Positions 24,911 through 37,500 of a stretch of 64,000 nt of DNA are shown here, piece after piece. Each line of letters starts with the position of its first letter. The first letter of the stretch is position 1. The translations under genes were made by a program, and so were the position numbers. Below the pieces are notes generated by a model, which did no database searches, was not told the origin of the DNA, and worked only from the letters and a program-made list of their open reading frames with translations. This stretch comes from Vitrella brassicaformis CCMP3155 (taxonomy: Eukaryota > Protista > Chromerida), in NCBI GenBank assembly GCA_001179505.1, contig CDMY01000356.1:62001-126000 (forward strand), given 5' to 3'.

Positions 24911-27900
24911 TCATTCTTCGTATTGCACGTTGGCGGCGGCCTTCAGCAGGTCTTCGGTCACGGTGGGCATTGGCACGGGAATGGGCAGCGGCATCGACAG
25001 CGCCCGGTACTCCTCCATCCCGCCACCGCCCCACATGCCGCCCCACCCGTCTCCCCCCTGGTTGCCCTGTCCGTACCCGAACTCGCCGCACCCCATATTG
25101 TGCATCCCGCCGTACTCCATGCCCCAGTCGTCCATGCCTCCACCATGCCCCTGGTGCTGGGGGTGCATGTAGCCGCCGTGGTGGGGCTGCATGTAGGGGT
25201 AGTAGGAGGCGTTGTCGTAGTAGTGTGCGGCCGCGTGGGCCTGGGCCTGGGCGTGGTGGTGGTGGTGGGCGAAGGCGGACGAGTCGTTGAAGTCACTGAT
25301 GCGGCGAGGGTAGGGGCCGTGCTTGTGGGAGGGGTGGGGGAAGCGGCCGCCGCGGTGGTGCCTGTACCCGTAGCGCCATGAAGAACCGTAGCCGTGATCC
25401 TGACACGCACAACACACACACACGCGACAGCAGCACAGTACGTGACTCAGTGTTCACTCCACTCACTCCCAGATTCATGTGTGTTGCCTGCCTGCCTGCC
25501 TGCCTGCCTGCGTCACCCCGCTCCCTTTTCTCTCACCGACTTACCATGGATGCAGCTCTGTGTCCGCGCGCCATCTGCCAGTCGTGTTCGGCTAGAGCCT
25601 TGACCACCTGGATGCTTACTTCCTCGCCGTCGCCCTCACCATCGGCCTTGTCGACAGAGATGCCCAGGCTCTCCAGCGACAGCGGGCGGAAGTTGGGTGG
25701 GTGGGGACCCACGCCACCCTCCTCCTTGTCGCTCGCCGTCTCCTCTTTGTCGTCCTCTTGCTCGTCGGCCGACTGCTCCTGTTGGCGCTTGTTGTCGGGC
25801 GAGCTGACGGGCGAGTTGCTCGACGAGTCGCTGACGCTGGTGGATGTGGAGCGGAGGGAGAGGGAGGGCTTGGGGGCGGGGTGGGTCTCGCTCTTGGATG
25901 AGGGGGAGGGGGACGACCCGGTGGTGCTCTCAGCACTGTCGCACGCCACAGTCGACGCCACGGACATGTTGCGGTTGCGCAGCAGGTCAGACGCGGCACC
26001 GCCGTCACTTGGCTTGTCGCTGCTCTCGTCGGCCGCCGGCTCGTCAGCACCCTGCTCCTGTCCGTCGGTGTCCTGTTCATCGTCCTCCTGCTGCTGTTGC
26101 TCCTTGGCATCTTGCTCGTGAGGGTGGAGTGGGAGCAGCACGTCAAATGCCGGCGGGGTGGCGGGTTTGGTGTTGGCGGTGGGGGTGGCGGATCGGGGTG
26201 AGGGGATGGAGAAGAACGAGGCGGGGGAGGATGGCTCCTTGAAGCTCTTCGAGTCCTCAACGCACTCGGGGTGGTCGCGGAGATCGATCCACGCTGAAGA
26301 AACAGAAACCACAACCACCAAGACGTATGGGCACGGCGCATCCCTTTCTTTCCTTGTGTGTGAGTCGAGCTGTGTCTTACGTGTCTGTCTCTCATTGTGG
26401 GTGTCAGGCGATGCATCGATGGCCGTCGAGGGCGTCACGTCGCTCAGAGTGATGGTGGTGGTGGGGCGGTCCTTCTTGCTTGGCGTCTCGCACCCCTCGA
26501 GCTCACCGGACCTCTCACGCTCGGGCTCCATCGTGTCGGACGACCCGCACACACCAGCAAACGCACCATCACCATCCTCGGCCGTCTTGGAAGCAGCGGC
26601 CGTGGGAGTGCTGTCGTCGTCGTCCTTTTGCTCCTCCTGCGGCTGGGAGGGGACGATCTCTGCCTCGGCTTCTGGCTCGGCAGACACGTCCTCCTCAGGC
26701 ACGGGCTGCTCGCCGTCTTTGGGTGCCTCGCCGTACTCCTCTTCCTGTGCCTTGCCGCCCTCATTGCAGCCCTCGTGCTGCTGCTCCTGCTGCGCGAGGC
26801 CGAGCATGCGCGCCAGCTCCGCCACCCATGTGGCATCAGCCGTCGGCTCGGTGTCGTCCATCTGTCCCTCCTGCTCCTCGTGAATGGTTTCCTCGTAGAG
26901 CAGGCCCTCGCACTCGCGGCCCGGCCCCGCGGGGGGCCCGTATCCGTTGATGCTGTCGGCGGTGCTGCAGCTGCGGGAGCGGTGGGGATACATGGGGCCC
27001 AGCATGTCGGCCACCACGTGGTCTGCGGGGCCGCAGCCCATGCCAGGGAACTCGCCCCCGTAGTGCATGGCGGCGTCCATGTCGGTGAAGGCGCCGGCCA
27101 TGTTGATGTCGGCGCAGTTGATGGACGCCGATCGCATCTTGCCGTGGTGGCCGTATCTGTGTGGGGCGTAGGGCGAGGCGAACGGCGGCAGCGAGTCGAA
27201 CGAGCAGCCGCGGGAGGGCGGCCCGCGGGGGTTGAAGTACTTCTGCTGCTGCATCTTCTTGAGTCGCATCAAACGCTTCTGCTTCTCGGATCGACGATAC
27301 CTGGACGGCAGCAACGGAGAGAGAGACGACGGCAGGGCGTCAGGTGGTGTGCGTGTGTGTGCGGGTGTGTGTGTGTTGGGTCTCACCTTCTGTCGCGGAG
27401 TTCTTCGTCGCCGTGGGCATGCCTGCAGTACTCGCCCAGCGGACACGCACCATCTGCAAATCATAGCGGCACACATTGGACACACGAGCGAGATCGATGA
27501 ATGTCAGTCATCTGTGTGGCTCGTTCACCTTTCTTGAAGAACTTGCACATGGTCGTCTTGTAGTAGTCGTCGGTGCACCGCAGCTCCGCCACACCGTGAG
27601 CAAACTTGCCTGCGATGCATGCAATCCAATCAACACACACAAGGCATGACCGCCATGCGCGGCAAAGTGGTGTTGCTTCCTTACAGTCTCTTCGGTTGCA
27701 GAGTCCCCGCTCCCATGCCTTGCAGAGTTTGGTCTTGTAGAGATCGACCGTCTCGCGCAACTCGTCCTCGGAGTGGGCGTACGTGCAGCTCTCACCCTTC
27801 AGGCAACGACCCTGACCAGAGCGAGGGAGTCAGTGACGACACGCAGCCATCGCTCAAGATGCATTTGCTTTACTCTTCTGTCGCACGCACCTCTAGGAAG

Positions 27901-28159
27901 AAGGGGCACATCTTGGTCTTGTAGAACTCTGATGATTGACTCATTCATACACATCGCACACATCACACGCGTCGCAAACAAGCAAAGCACAGACACAGAC
28001 ACATGGGACAGACAGTCAGACAGTCAGTCAGTCATCGGTGGCTCATCCGCCCGTCTCCATCAGTCAGATCTCCCCACCCCTCGTGTGCTTACGGTCTGCC
28101 GGAGCGCCCCCGCTCTGAGTGCCATCCTCAGAGTCACCGCACACCGAATACGCGGACAT
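24911..28159 (-). CDS. Tandem 3x CCCH zinc-finger RNA-binding protein with long low-complexity C-terminus
   Basis: Spliced fingers: [13 protein letters not shown]|[38 protein letters not shown]|[11 protein letters not shown] and [12 protein letters not shown]|[20 protein letters not shown]. The last exon ends [12 protein letters not shown]. Confidence 0.9.
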
Positions 28160-28290
28160 GTCGCTGTCTGTCGCACAGCAGGAAAGGCCTCTCGGGATTG
28201 ATTGAGTCTCTGTGCGTATGGGTTTCCGAGCCACACACGCCCGTCCAAAGTCTTCCCTTAGCAGAGATCTGAGTTTACGCTGACTGGCAA

Positions 28291-28298
28291 AGCTCGCA
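28291..28298 (-). promoter_or_regulatory. TGCGAGCT candidate promoter element (CCCH / LHC pair)
   Basis: AGCTCGCA on the plus strand, between ATGs at 28159(-) and 28345(+). Confidence 0.55.
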
Positions 28299-28344
28299 GT
28301 TGAGATCTCCAGTCCCAGCGTGAGCGCTCGACGACACCACCAGG

Positions 28345-28798
28345 ATGAAGGTCGCCCTCACATTTGCATGTGCTCTCGCGCTTTGCTCCTCTGCCCTCGG
28401 TGAGCACTGCACGGCAGCGGACCACAAACGATGACTGACATGGGACGAAAGCAGCACTGCCGAGCCGGAAAGCACAGCAACTTGTGCATCGCGCATATCT
28501 GTGTCTGTCATGTGTGCGGCTTGTCATGTCATCCATCTGTTGGTCTCTCAGGTGGCGAGGAGACTGCATTTGTCGGCGCACCTGCGCGCCTCGGCGGTCT
28601 CCGAGCCTCACGCAGTCCCTCAAGGCAAGTCACAACACAGACACATACACCTCACAATGCAAAGTCATCTGGTCTGTGTGCCTCTATGTGTGCTCTTTGC
28701 GTGTTCATTGCAGGACGATGCAGATGGCCCTTGATCCCTCTTTCGCTGGTGGCCTGGTCGGCAACGACATCGATGCACCCAACTTGTGAGCACGGCAC

Positions 28799-28835
<37 letters not shown>

Positions 28836-29366
28836 CAGATAATCCATTCTCTCTGTTGCTGTTGGTGTGGTCTTCCCCTCCCTCTCCCTCTGGCTCTCAG
28901 CGACCCATTGGGTCTGTCCAAGACGGCCGACGATGAGACGCTCAAGTGGTACAGAGCGGCTGAGCTCAAGCACGGGCGTGTGGCGATGCTGGCGGCGCTG
29001 GGATTCCTGGTGCAAAACATCTACCAGCTGCCCGACAGCCCCTTCCAAGAGGCGAACCCCATCAACGCCGTCTACAAGCTATGGAGCGAGCGGCCCCTGG
29101 CCATCATGCAGATCCTCACCGCCATCGCGGCCATCGAGGTGCTGGGCAACCAGGTGCAGCTCCAGACGGAGGACGGGGGCGACCTGAAGTGGGACCCGCT
29201 GGGCATCAAGCCCAACGACCCTGAAGAATTCCGCAAGATGCAGCTCAGGGAGCTCAAGAACGGACGGCTGGCCATGATCTCCGTCCTCGGCATGACGGCA
29301 CAGGAGGCGCTCACCGACCAGGGTCCCATCGACCAGATCCTCACCGGCAACGTCAACCCCTTCTGA
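28345..29366 (+). CDS. Light-harvesting complex (chlorophyll a-binding, red-lineage LHC) protein with bipartite plastid leader
   Basis: FDPLG, helix 1 AELKHGRVAMLA and helix 3 RELKNGRLAMI. Leader MKVALTFACALALCSSALG..TAFVG. Four exons; intron 2 needs a GC donor at 28625. Confidence 0.95.
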
Positions 29367-30050
29367 GCTCACTCGAGGGCGGGTGGCAAGAGGAGAGGAT
29401 AACAAGACCGAGAGAGAATGACGCGGAAAGAAGGGGTGTTTTTGGGCGTAGTGGTGCGAGATGTGGGCCCCCTTCTTGTGTGTGTGTGTGTGTGATGGTG
29501 GTGTGGGTGGTTCGCTGGGGGACCGCCGCTCATCGGATGTGAATATCGATCCAGGTGTGGTCGGTTTGCCAACGCAGTGTTGCACTCTATCATGATAGAC
29601 TGGCTGCCTGACTGACTCACCCATTCATTCCTTCATGACGGATTAATTTTTGCATCTTGTGGTGCAACACAAGGTTGGTTGATGCAGTCGGGCGAGCCCC
29701 CCATCTGTGAAGCAAATCCGGCAGTCCCCTCAGGCTGCGTACACAAGCACATACATAATCACGTGTCTGTCTATCGACAAGCGACAAGCGAACAAAGGTA
29801 GCAATGATTATCACACGAATAAATAAATAAGCTGGAGAGGAGAAGCCCACGCACGGCACGCCATCATGCGATGCGATCAGACAGACACAGAATCAAAACT
29901 GCTGCTGACAAGGAGACTCGCCGGACACTCATGCACCCGCAGCGTTTCCACACACTACCATGGCACCAACCAATGGGGGAAACGCATCTCTCTCCATCAC
30001 GCAAACGACCATGCGACAACCCACCCCACGCCTCACCCCAGCCCACAGCG

Positions 30051-31073
30051 CTATCCCCCCCAGGCGGCATCTTCGCCTCTCCTGCCCTCCGCGCCCTCAT
30101 ACACGCCATCCGGCGTCACCACCCAGTCGAGGAACATGTCGAGGGAGTCCATCGGGATGGTCGCCAGCGGCAGCAGCTGCTCGCGGAGGCCGATCCCGAT
30201 GGTCGTGGTGCGAGGACGGCCACGATCCTTCAAAGAGGCAAACAGACGCGCGAGGAAGCAGTCGTAGTAACCCTGCAGACAATACACACATGCACGAGAT
30301 GAGGTGCGTGAAAACATATATATGTGCGCCGCATCTGTCTGTACCTTTCCGTGTCCGAGTCTCCTGCCGCTTTGGTCGAATGCCACCCCGGGGCAGATGA
30401 CCAGGTCGATGTCACCGCAGTAGGTGCCATCCTCCCTCCGGAGCGTCTCGTCCAGAGAGAGCTCTGGGATGCCCCAGGGCGACATCGGAAAGGAAGATAT
30501 CTCATCCACACTACTCACCTGAATGAAGACAAACCCAGCCACACACACACACACAAAAAGGATAGACATGGTGGTTGGCGAGCTGGCTGGATGGCTCTAT
30601 TGTGGTGTGGCTACGTGTAGCGAGCGTACCTCGACCATCCTCATATCAGGGGGGTTCTTGCCCACCACCCTCGGCACGAACACCCTCTTGCCCTGACGGA
30701 AGGCCTCACGCACCAAGGTGTGCGTGTCTATCTCCCCGCTAGGCATGGAAAGGTAGACGCACACGCATTGGCTCCTGACGAATGTCGGATGCTGCGAAAG
30801 CTGCGCGAAGACAGCGGCCGACTGCGGTTCAATCGACTCGTGGGACAGCGACTTCAGCTGGCCGCGGACCTGCCTCCTGAGGGCCTTCTTCTGCTCCGAG
30901 ATGGCAGATACTGACGTGGCACCGGGTTGCACGTCTGACGTCGACACTGACGCACGAGCAGACGAAGGGGCGTGCGGCGGCGACATGGTGGTTCGCGACA
31001 GCGGACCGAGCTGTTCGAGTCCTCTACGAAGGCCGCCACCACAGCATAAGTACCCCAGAAGAGGCAGGCGCAT
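30051..31073 (-). CDS. MTHFS: 5-formyltetrahydrofolate cyclo-ligase
   Basis: Motifs KKALRRQVR, CVYLSMPSGEIDT, KRVFVPRV, WGIPE, IDLVICPGVAFDQSGRRLGHGK|GYYD and DMFLDWVVTPDG. Two GT-AG introns. The N-terminal extension may target an organelle. Confidence 0.93.
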
Positions 31074-31094
31074 CCATCCGGCCGTCGCTCTTTT

Positions 31095-31102
31095 TGCGAG
31101 CT
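31095..31102 (+). promoter_or_regulatory. TGCGAGCT candidate promoter element (MTHFS / giant LEA_2 pair)
   Basis: Exact 8-mer, 22 nt upstream of the MTHFS ATG. Confidence 0.55.
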
Positions 31103-31515
31103 GTGTGTGTACGGAAAGGGCACCCAACGGCTCTGATCGAGGTGACCAGCAGCAGGGGGGGAGTCAGAGCTCCATGCGCTCCACCAAAAGCTATGCTCAA
31201 GCCCCGTGACATGTATCGTAGCTCCATCCACCGGTCCACAAGGTCCAACACTCAGCGCAGCGGCTGCTGATGTTCGGTGACTTTGATGCTTCCTTGCTGT
31301 GTCTGGTGTAGGTTCTTCTCATGCTGATTGATGAGGTTGTGATTCTCTCGCTGGTGACGGTGGAGCTCTGCCGCCACGTTCCCGGGCTGGTGAGATCTGG
31401 TGTCCGCATGCAGCGGAGATTCTTTGATAATATCGACGTGCGGGCTGCAACCACGACCGACGCTGTCGAGAAGCTATACCTGGTGCTCGACTTCTAAATC
31501 GGGCGGCCCCACGAG

Positions 31516-34500
31516 ATGAGTCGTCCGGTGGGATCGTCAGGAGAGGGCCTCTGTGAACAGGACGAGCAGACAAGACGGTCAGCAGGGCCGACGCCACGCA
31601 CAGCAGAGGCGCCCTCCGCCACATCTCTCTTCATCCGCAACATCCTCAGCCCGCTGTCGTTGGGCTTCATCAGGAAGCATCCGGAAGCAGATCATACCAC
31701 CGCAGATGGCGACAGCACCACGGCAGGGCCGCGAGAAAAACCGGTGGCGGCACCCACACCGAGCGCGGGTGACGCTGCCACGTCGGTGGGGTCGCCCGAC
31801 GCATCCACCAGGACCACTCGCACCCCCACCACCCTGCCCCCCTCCCGCTCGGCCGCCTCCCACCTTCCCACCCCCTCCCCATCCACAGGCAGGAGCAGAA
31901 TGGAGGCAGGGCAGCAGACCACACGCAGCTCATCGCAGGCCACGACGCCCACCACCACCACGCCGACCACGCAGCACGTCGCCCTGAAGCCCAAACCGGG
32001 CAGCGGGCGGCGGAGGAAAGGCACTGACGTCGGGTGGATCGGGTGGCTGAGGCGTTTGTTCAAAGGCGACAGACGGCAGCGGTGCTTACGCATATCGGGA
32101 ATCGTGGCTGCGGTGCTGTTTCTGCTCATGGGGATCGGGGCGATTTTGTTTTTTACTGTCGGGCTGACGCCGCTGGCCCAGTCCATAATTGAGTCGAGTG
32201 ATCTGGCGATCGATACCATCACCGTCACCGCACCCAGAGAGGACGGATTCCATCTGGCACTCAAGGGCGCCTTACGGCGGGGGGATTTCGGTTCGGGGAT
32301 TGATGTCATTCTGCCGGCCCTCTCGCTCGACACCTATGGAGTTCATGGTGGCAAAGAGAGGAGGCTCGGCAGGTTCACCATACCCACAATGCGGCTCAAG
32401 GGCAGCCGGGCGCCGCTGGCATTCAACGCGTCTTTCACCATCTCTGACATGGAGGCATGGAACGAGTTCACTCCTGCCCTCCTGGAGGCTGGTGGGAGGA
32501 GTCGGCCGACGTGGCGTGTGGCGAGCCCCAAGCCGTTTGCTCTGCGCATCCGGCTGATGGGCATTAAGACGGAGATATCCAATTTGCGATTCGACAAGAC
32601 ACTCGACCCCAATGGTGAGACAGTGAGCACATTTCCTACTACACGCGCATCCATGATGTCTCTCTTCGGCCATGCGCGTTTGCTCTGCAGCAATGGGGGC
32701 GTCTCTCGGGTCAGGCCTTCAGGACTTCAAAATCACCGACTTCGGCCTGGACGGCTCCCCCGACATCTCGGGCGGCGCCGCCCTCTCACTCACGGCACGA
32801 TTCAAGTCACCATCCAAGCTCGGTGTCGACCCACTTGGCGACCTCGATCTTACCCTCGTCTACGCCAACACCACAGTGGCATCACTGCGGGCACGGCAGC
32901 CGTCGCTGCGGCCAGGACAGAACGAGTGGCATATGGACGGCGAGCTGGCGACTGTTGTGGCTGGCGAGGGGTCGGCGGAGAGGGCGCGGGCGATCAGTGG
33001 GTTTGTGGCGGCTGCGATGGACGGCAAGGGCATGACGGTCAACGTGAGGGGCAACAAGACGACCGAGCCGATCTTTGCAAGTGAGTGAGTGAGGCAGGGA
33101 CAGGAGGTGCTGCACGCAAGAGAGAGAGGGGCAGTGTGTAATGATGAAAATACGATCGGCTAAGTGAGTCTTGGCATCATCACATGCATGGTGCACAAGA
33201 TGAGCACTATTCACGTCCGCTGAACAACACACCACCACATCCATCCATCCATCCATTCGTCCGTCCATCCATCCATCCATCCACACACGTGCACTTCCCT
33301 GCCCACACACACCACACCCACCCTCTCTCCTTCTCTGTCTGTGTGTTGTCCTGTCTGCCATCAGCTGCGGTCGAGGCACTGGACCTCTCCCCACCGATCG
33401 GCGCCCTCCCCGGCCTCGCAGACGGCGGTGTGTTCAAGTCGCTAACATTCAAAGGTCTGAGCATCGACCTCAGCCCGTTCGACCATGCATCGGAAGATGG
33501 CAGCCCGTCTCTGGCCATAAACAGCGTCGACAGCGGCCGCAAGCTGCAGGGGAAGACCAAGACCAACGTGGTGGGGCTGGGCGGGACGGCTGAGGTCATG
33601 TTCGACAGCCCACTGGGAGACAACTCCCCCATATACGTTGACAAGGTGAGCAGGGCAGGGGGAGGGAGGGATGGCAACGGGAGGAAAGCGTGTAGGGAGA
33701 TATGTGGTGTGTGGTCTGTCGTGTTGGTGTCTGTGGATGTGTGTATGAAGGTGTCTCTGACAGCGTCGATCCATGACGGCATGGTGGCGGGCGAGCCGTC
33801 GGTCGGGACATTGAGTGCTCTTCTGAAACCAATCGCACAGCCCGCCGAACCACCAAGTGAGTGACCACCTTCAGTTCACCAATCGGTGCATACAAACAAT
33901 GCGTACGGCTTATGTCTCCTGTCTGTCTGTCTGCAGACATGTCTGTGTACGAGTGGCTTGCCGGGACTGGCCCTTACGTCGGCCCAACACCCCCACCCAC
34001 CGTGACCGTCAGGGAGCCGCTCAGCCCCCCTTCGCCTCCCCTAAAGCACCACCGATCGCACCAACCATCGCCCAAACCCACCACACACCCACACCCACGC
34101 CCCACATACACCAGCGACCCGTTTGCCGGCCGGCACCTCGCTGCTGCAGCAGCGGCTCCTGTGCCCCTGCTGTTCGACATCCAAGGCAATATGACTCTGG
34201 CGGACGGCGGCAAGCCCTTCAGTACATTCACGAGTGCCTTCCTGACGGAGCCTGACGTGTACATGCTCATCAAGGGGGGCAGCGCACAGGTGCGGCTGCG
34301 GACGGCGCTGGGGCCACTGGTCCTCCCCAGCCTCACCATCGAGACGAGCAGGGAGACCGCACAGCCTCTCAAGGGATTTGGCGGCAGGGAGGACAGCAAG
34401 GGCGGCGAGGGGGCAGAGAGTGGCTTGGCGGTGGAATTGACCGGATTTGAGTTCTTGTCCACCGGCAAGAGGGACGCCCTCGACCTGGAGGCCAGCGCCA

Positions 34501-37500
34501 CTCTCACCAATCCCTCCAACACCTCCGTGTCGCTCGGTGACCTCATACTGGAGATGACCCTGCCGGACGCCAGCCTGGCGACATCATCAAGGCGGAGGCG
34601 CATGCAGAGAACCGCACCGGTCCTCGGCTATCTAGCGGCATACGGTGTCGAGATCACGCCTGGCGACACCACTCTCAGTCTGAAGGGACGTCTGCGGCCC
34701 GACGACATGGACCTTCCCATTGTGTCTGAGCGCCTGTCGGCCTACCTGCGAGGCCACCCACTCCCTGTGCGCGTGGCCATTGCTCCCCCACCAAGCGGCG
34801 CCGTCTGGACTTTCGCCGACGAGCTGTTCGCGCGGCCAGGATGGTTCTATGAGGCCCTGTCATCCTTCGAGACAATCACGGCCCTCCCCCCACTCAGTGA
34901 GCTGATGGCCAAGCCCGGAGAGACGCCGAGCGGAATCTCCTCAGATCTAGTGCAGAAGGTGACGTACGAGAGCCTGACGGTGACCATCAGCCAGACTCCC
35001 GACAGGCTGCCGCTCAAGGCCCTACTCGACATCGAGACCCGCAACCCTCTCGGGGGCGGCAACACCATTGTGGAGACCGTCAGCCTGGCCGCCACCATCA
35101 GCTCATCTGAGGGCAGGCCCCTCACGCGCCTGAACACCGCCCCCCAGAAGGCCGTCATGACCGAGAGCAGCACCGGTGACAACCTGGCTTTCCGTCTGCC
35201 GTACACCGGTGACATGATTCTCTACGGCAACGGCGAGGCGGTCGCTTCATTCGCCACCGACACCCTGTTCGGCAAGGGGGCGGACTCGGATGCATCTTCC
35301 GTCGGTTTGATGGTGAATGGGACGGTGTCTGCCGTGGTGGACACGCCCATGGGCCGCCTCACCCTGTCGGATCTGCCGGTGGAGCAGGTGACCACTCTGG
35401 ATGAGGGGGGCAGCCTCTTCGACAGCCTGGGGGTGAAGCTGGTGCTCTTCCAAGTCACGAAGCTCGCCATCAACCCCTCCTCGCCACACACAGGCTCGGG
35501 GGCCTATTCGACACGCGATCTCACCATGGAGGTGCTCGTTGAGCTTTCCGTGGCCAATCCCTCGCCGTTCGGCGTCGTCTTCGACAAGCTGGACCTACCC
35601 CTGCACGTGTACATGAAGTCGCTGGGGGTAGGCGGCGACCTCACACTGATCGCCCCCACCCTGGCGCCTTCACCTGACCTCTCCCGGCTGCGGCTTGTCG
35701 GGCGGGTCAAGGCCGACGCGGCCGTGCAGGAGCCGACAGTGAAGGGTGAGATGGCCCGCCTGGCCAACGGCCTGTTCTCGGGTGGGGTGTTCCCCGTCAA
35801 GGTAGCCGGCCGCGACGACAACAAGGGCGCAGGTGGGAAACTGCCTCCGTGGTTAAGATCAGTGGTCGATGACCTGGCGCTGGACTTCAACCTCGACGGG
35901 TAAGCTAAGCGACCAAATGACAACCAAACAGAGGCAACAAACATCACATGACGATCGTGTCTATGTTTGTTTCTCGCCTGTCATTGATTGCAGTGGTCTC
36001 GGCGGCTCCTTGATCGACACAGTCGGTGTGCTCAATCTGTCCGTGCAGCCGGTCGACGACGACACCCTTGTGCTGGCGGGTATCCTTGACGTCACGGCCA
36101 ACAGCCCCTTCGGCTCCGACGTGCCCCTCACCGTTCGCAAGGTGTCCATCGACTCGACCCTCCACTTCCGGCAGGGCGATGACGCATCCCTCACTCTCGG
36201 CCGCATGAACCTCCCCAGCCGAGCCCCGCTGGTCCAGGAGCTGACGCGCGTCAACGGCAGCGACAAGCTGATACTCCAGCTTCAGCTCAACGACACTGTC
36301 CGCATCCAGAAGCAGTCGGCCGTGTCGTCCATCACGCCCTTCGCCGCCTTCATCGGCGCACTGGCCAAGGACGGATACGTGCCGCTCGACATCCGCGGCA
36401 AGGCGGGCATGGACGTGGTCGTGAGCGCCACAGTCACCGAGGGCAGGCAGAAGAAGCTCTCCGACATCCCGCTGACTCTTGACGCGATCCCGCTGGACTT
36501 CACCCTCACCATGGGCGAGAAGGATGGCGAGGGGATATCGGTGGACCTCGACTCGTTCGTCTTCGAGGGGCCGTCCGAAGAGGGCGGGCTGGACATCTCG
36601 GCCACTGCAGGCATCGTCAATCCGTCAGACGCATCGCTTTTCCTCGGTGATCTCTCATTCGAACTCTACCTACCGGCGTACGATGACACCAACACCACCG
36701 GCGACGGCCCAACAAGACGCATGCTCCAGGCAGCAGCCGCGTCCTCATCTGTATTGCTCGGCACAGTGGAGGCCAAGTCGGTGTTCCTGCGGCCGGGCAA
36801 GACGCCCATCGAGCTCACCGGCAGGCTCAACCCGGCAGCCGCGGCCCTGGTGGTTGTCTCACGCCGCTTCAGCGAGTACGTGCGCGGCGGCGACCTGCCC
36901 GTGGTGGTCAAGACGTTGCCCAAATTGAGAGAGGGGGGCGGGTGGTTCAATCCTTTCACACCCTCCGAAGAGTCGTCGAGAGAGGCGCCACCTATATGGC
37001 TGAAGGAGGCACTGGAAACGATTGCGATTGACACAAAGCTGCCCCCACTGAGCGAGCTTGGAGGCGGTGAGGGTGGTGGTGACCTGGTCTCTGACATCTC
37101 GGTGGGGCGTTTCGAGATTGACCTCGGTGGAGTGGCGGAGACGCAGCGTGCGATCGGTGTGGTGGGGGAGGTCGGGACGGTCATCAACAACCCGCTGGGG
37201 GAGGACACGCCCCTGACCGTCGAGGCCATCGAATTGGCTGTCGACCTGCTGGGAGACAACGGACAGGCGTTCGGGGTCATGAAGACGCAGCCCACCCAGA
37301 TACCTGCAAGCAAGCAGAAGGTCAGATGCAAGCGCCGCGCCCTGACACTCTCGCTCAGCTCATGTATGTATGAATGGATTTGTTACTGTCTGTCTGTCTG
37401 CCTGTTGCATACATGGCATGTGTCACTCACAGGTGCTCGGCAATGGCCAGATCCGTCTGGACTTCCCACTGGTGGCCACCCTGTCCCTCACAAGCGACGG

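Noticed and set aside
6195-31073. Folate cluster (MTHFS plus a possible folate carrier)
   Set aside because: The genes are over 20 kb apart with unrelated genes between them, and the carrier substrate cannot be assigned from motifs.
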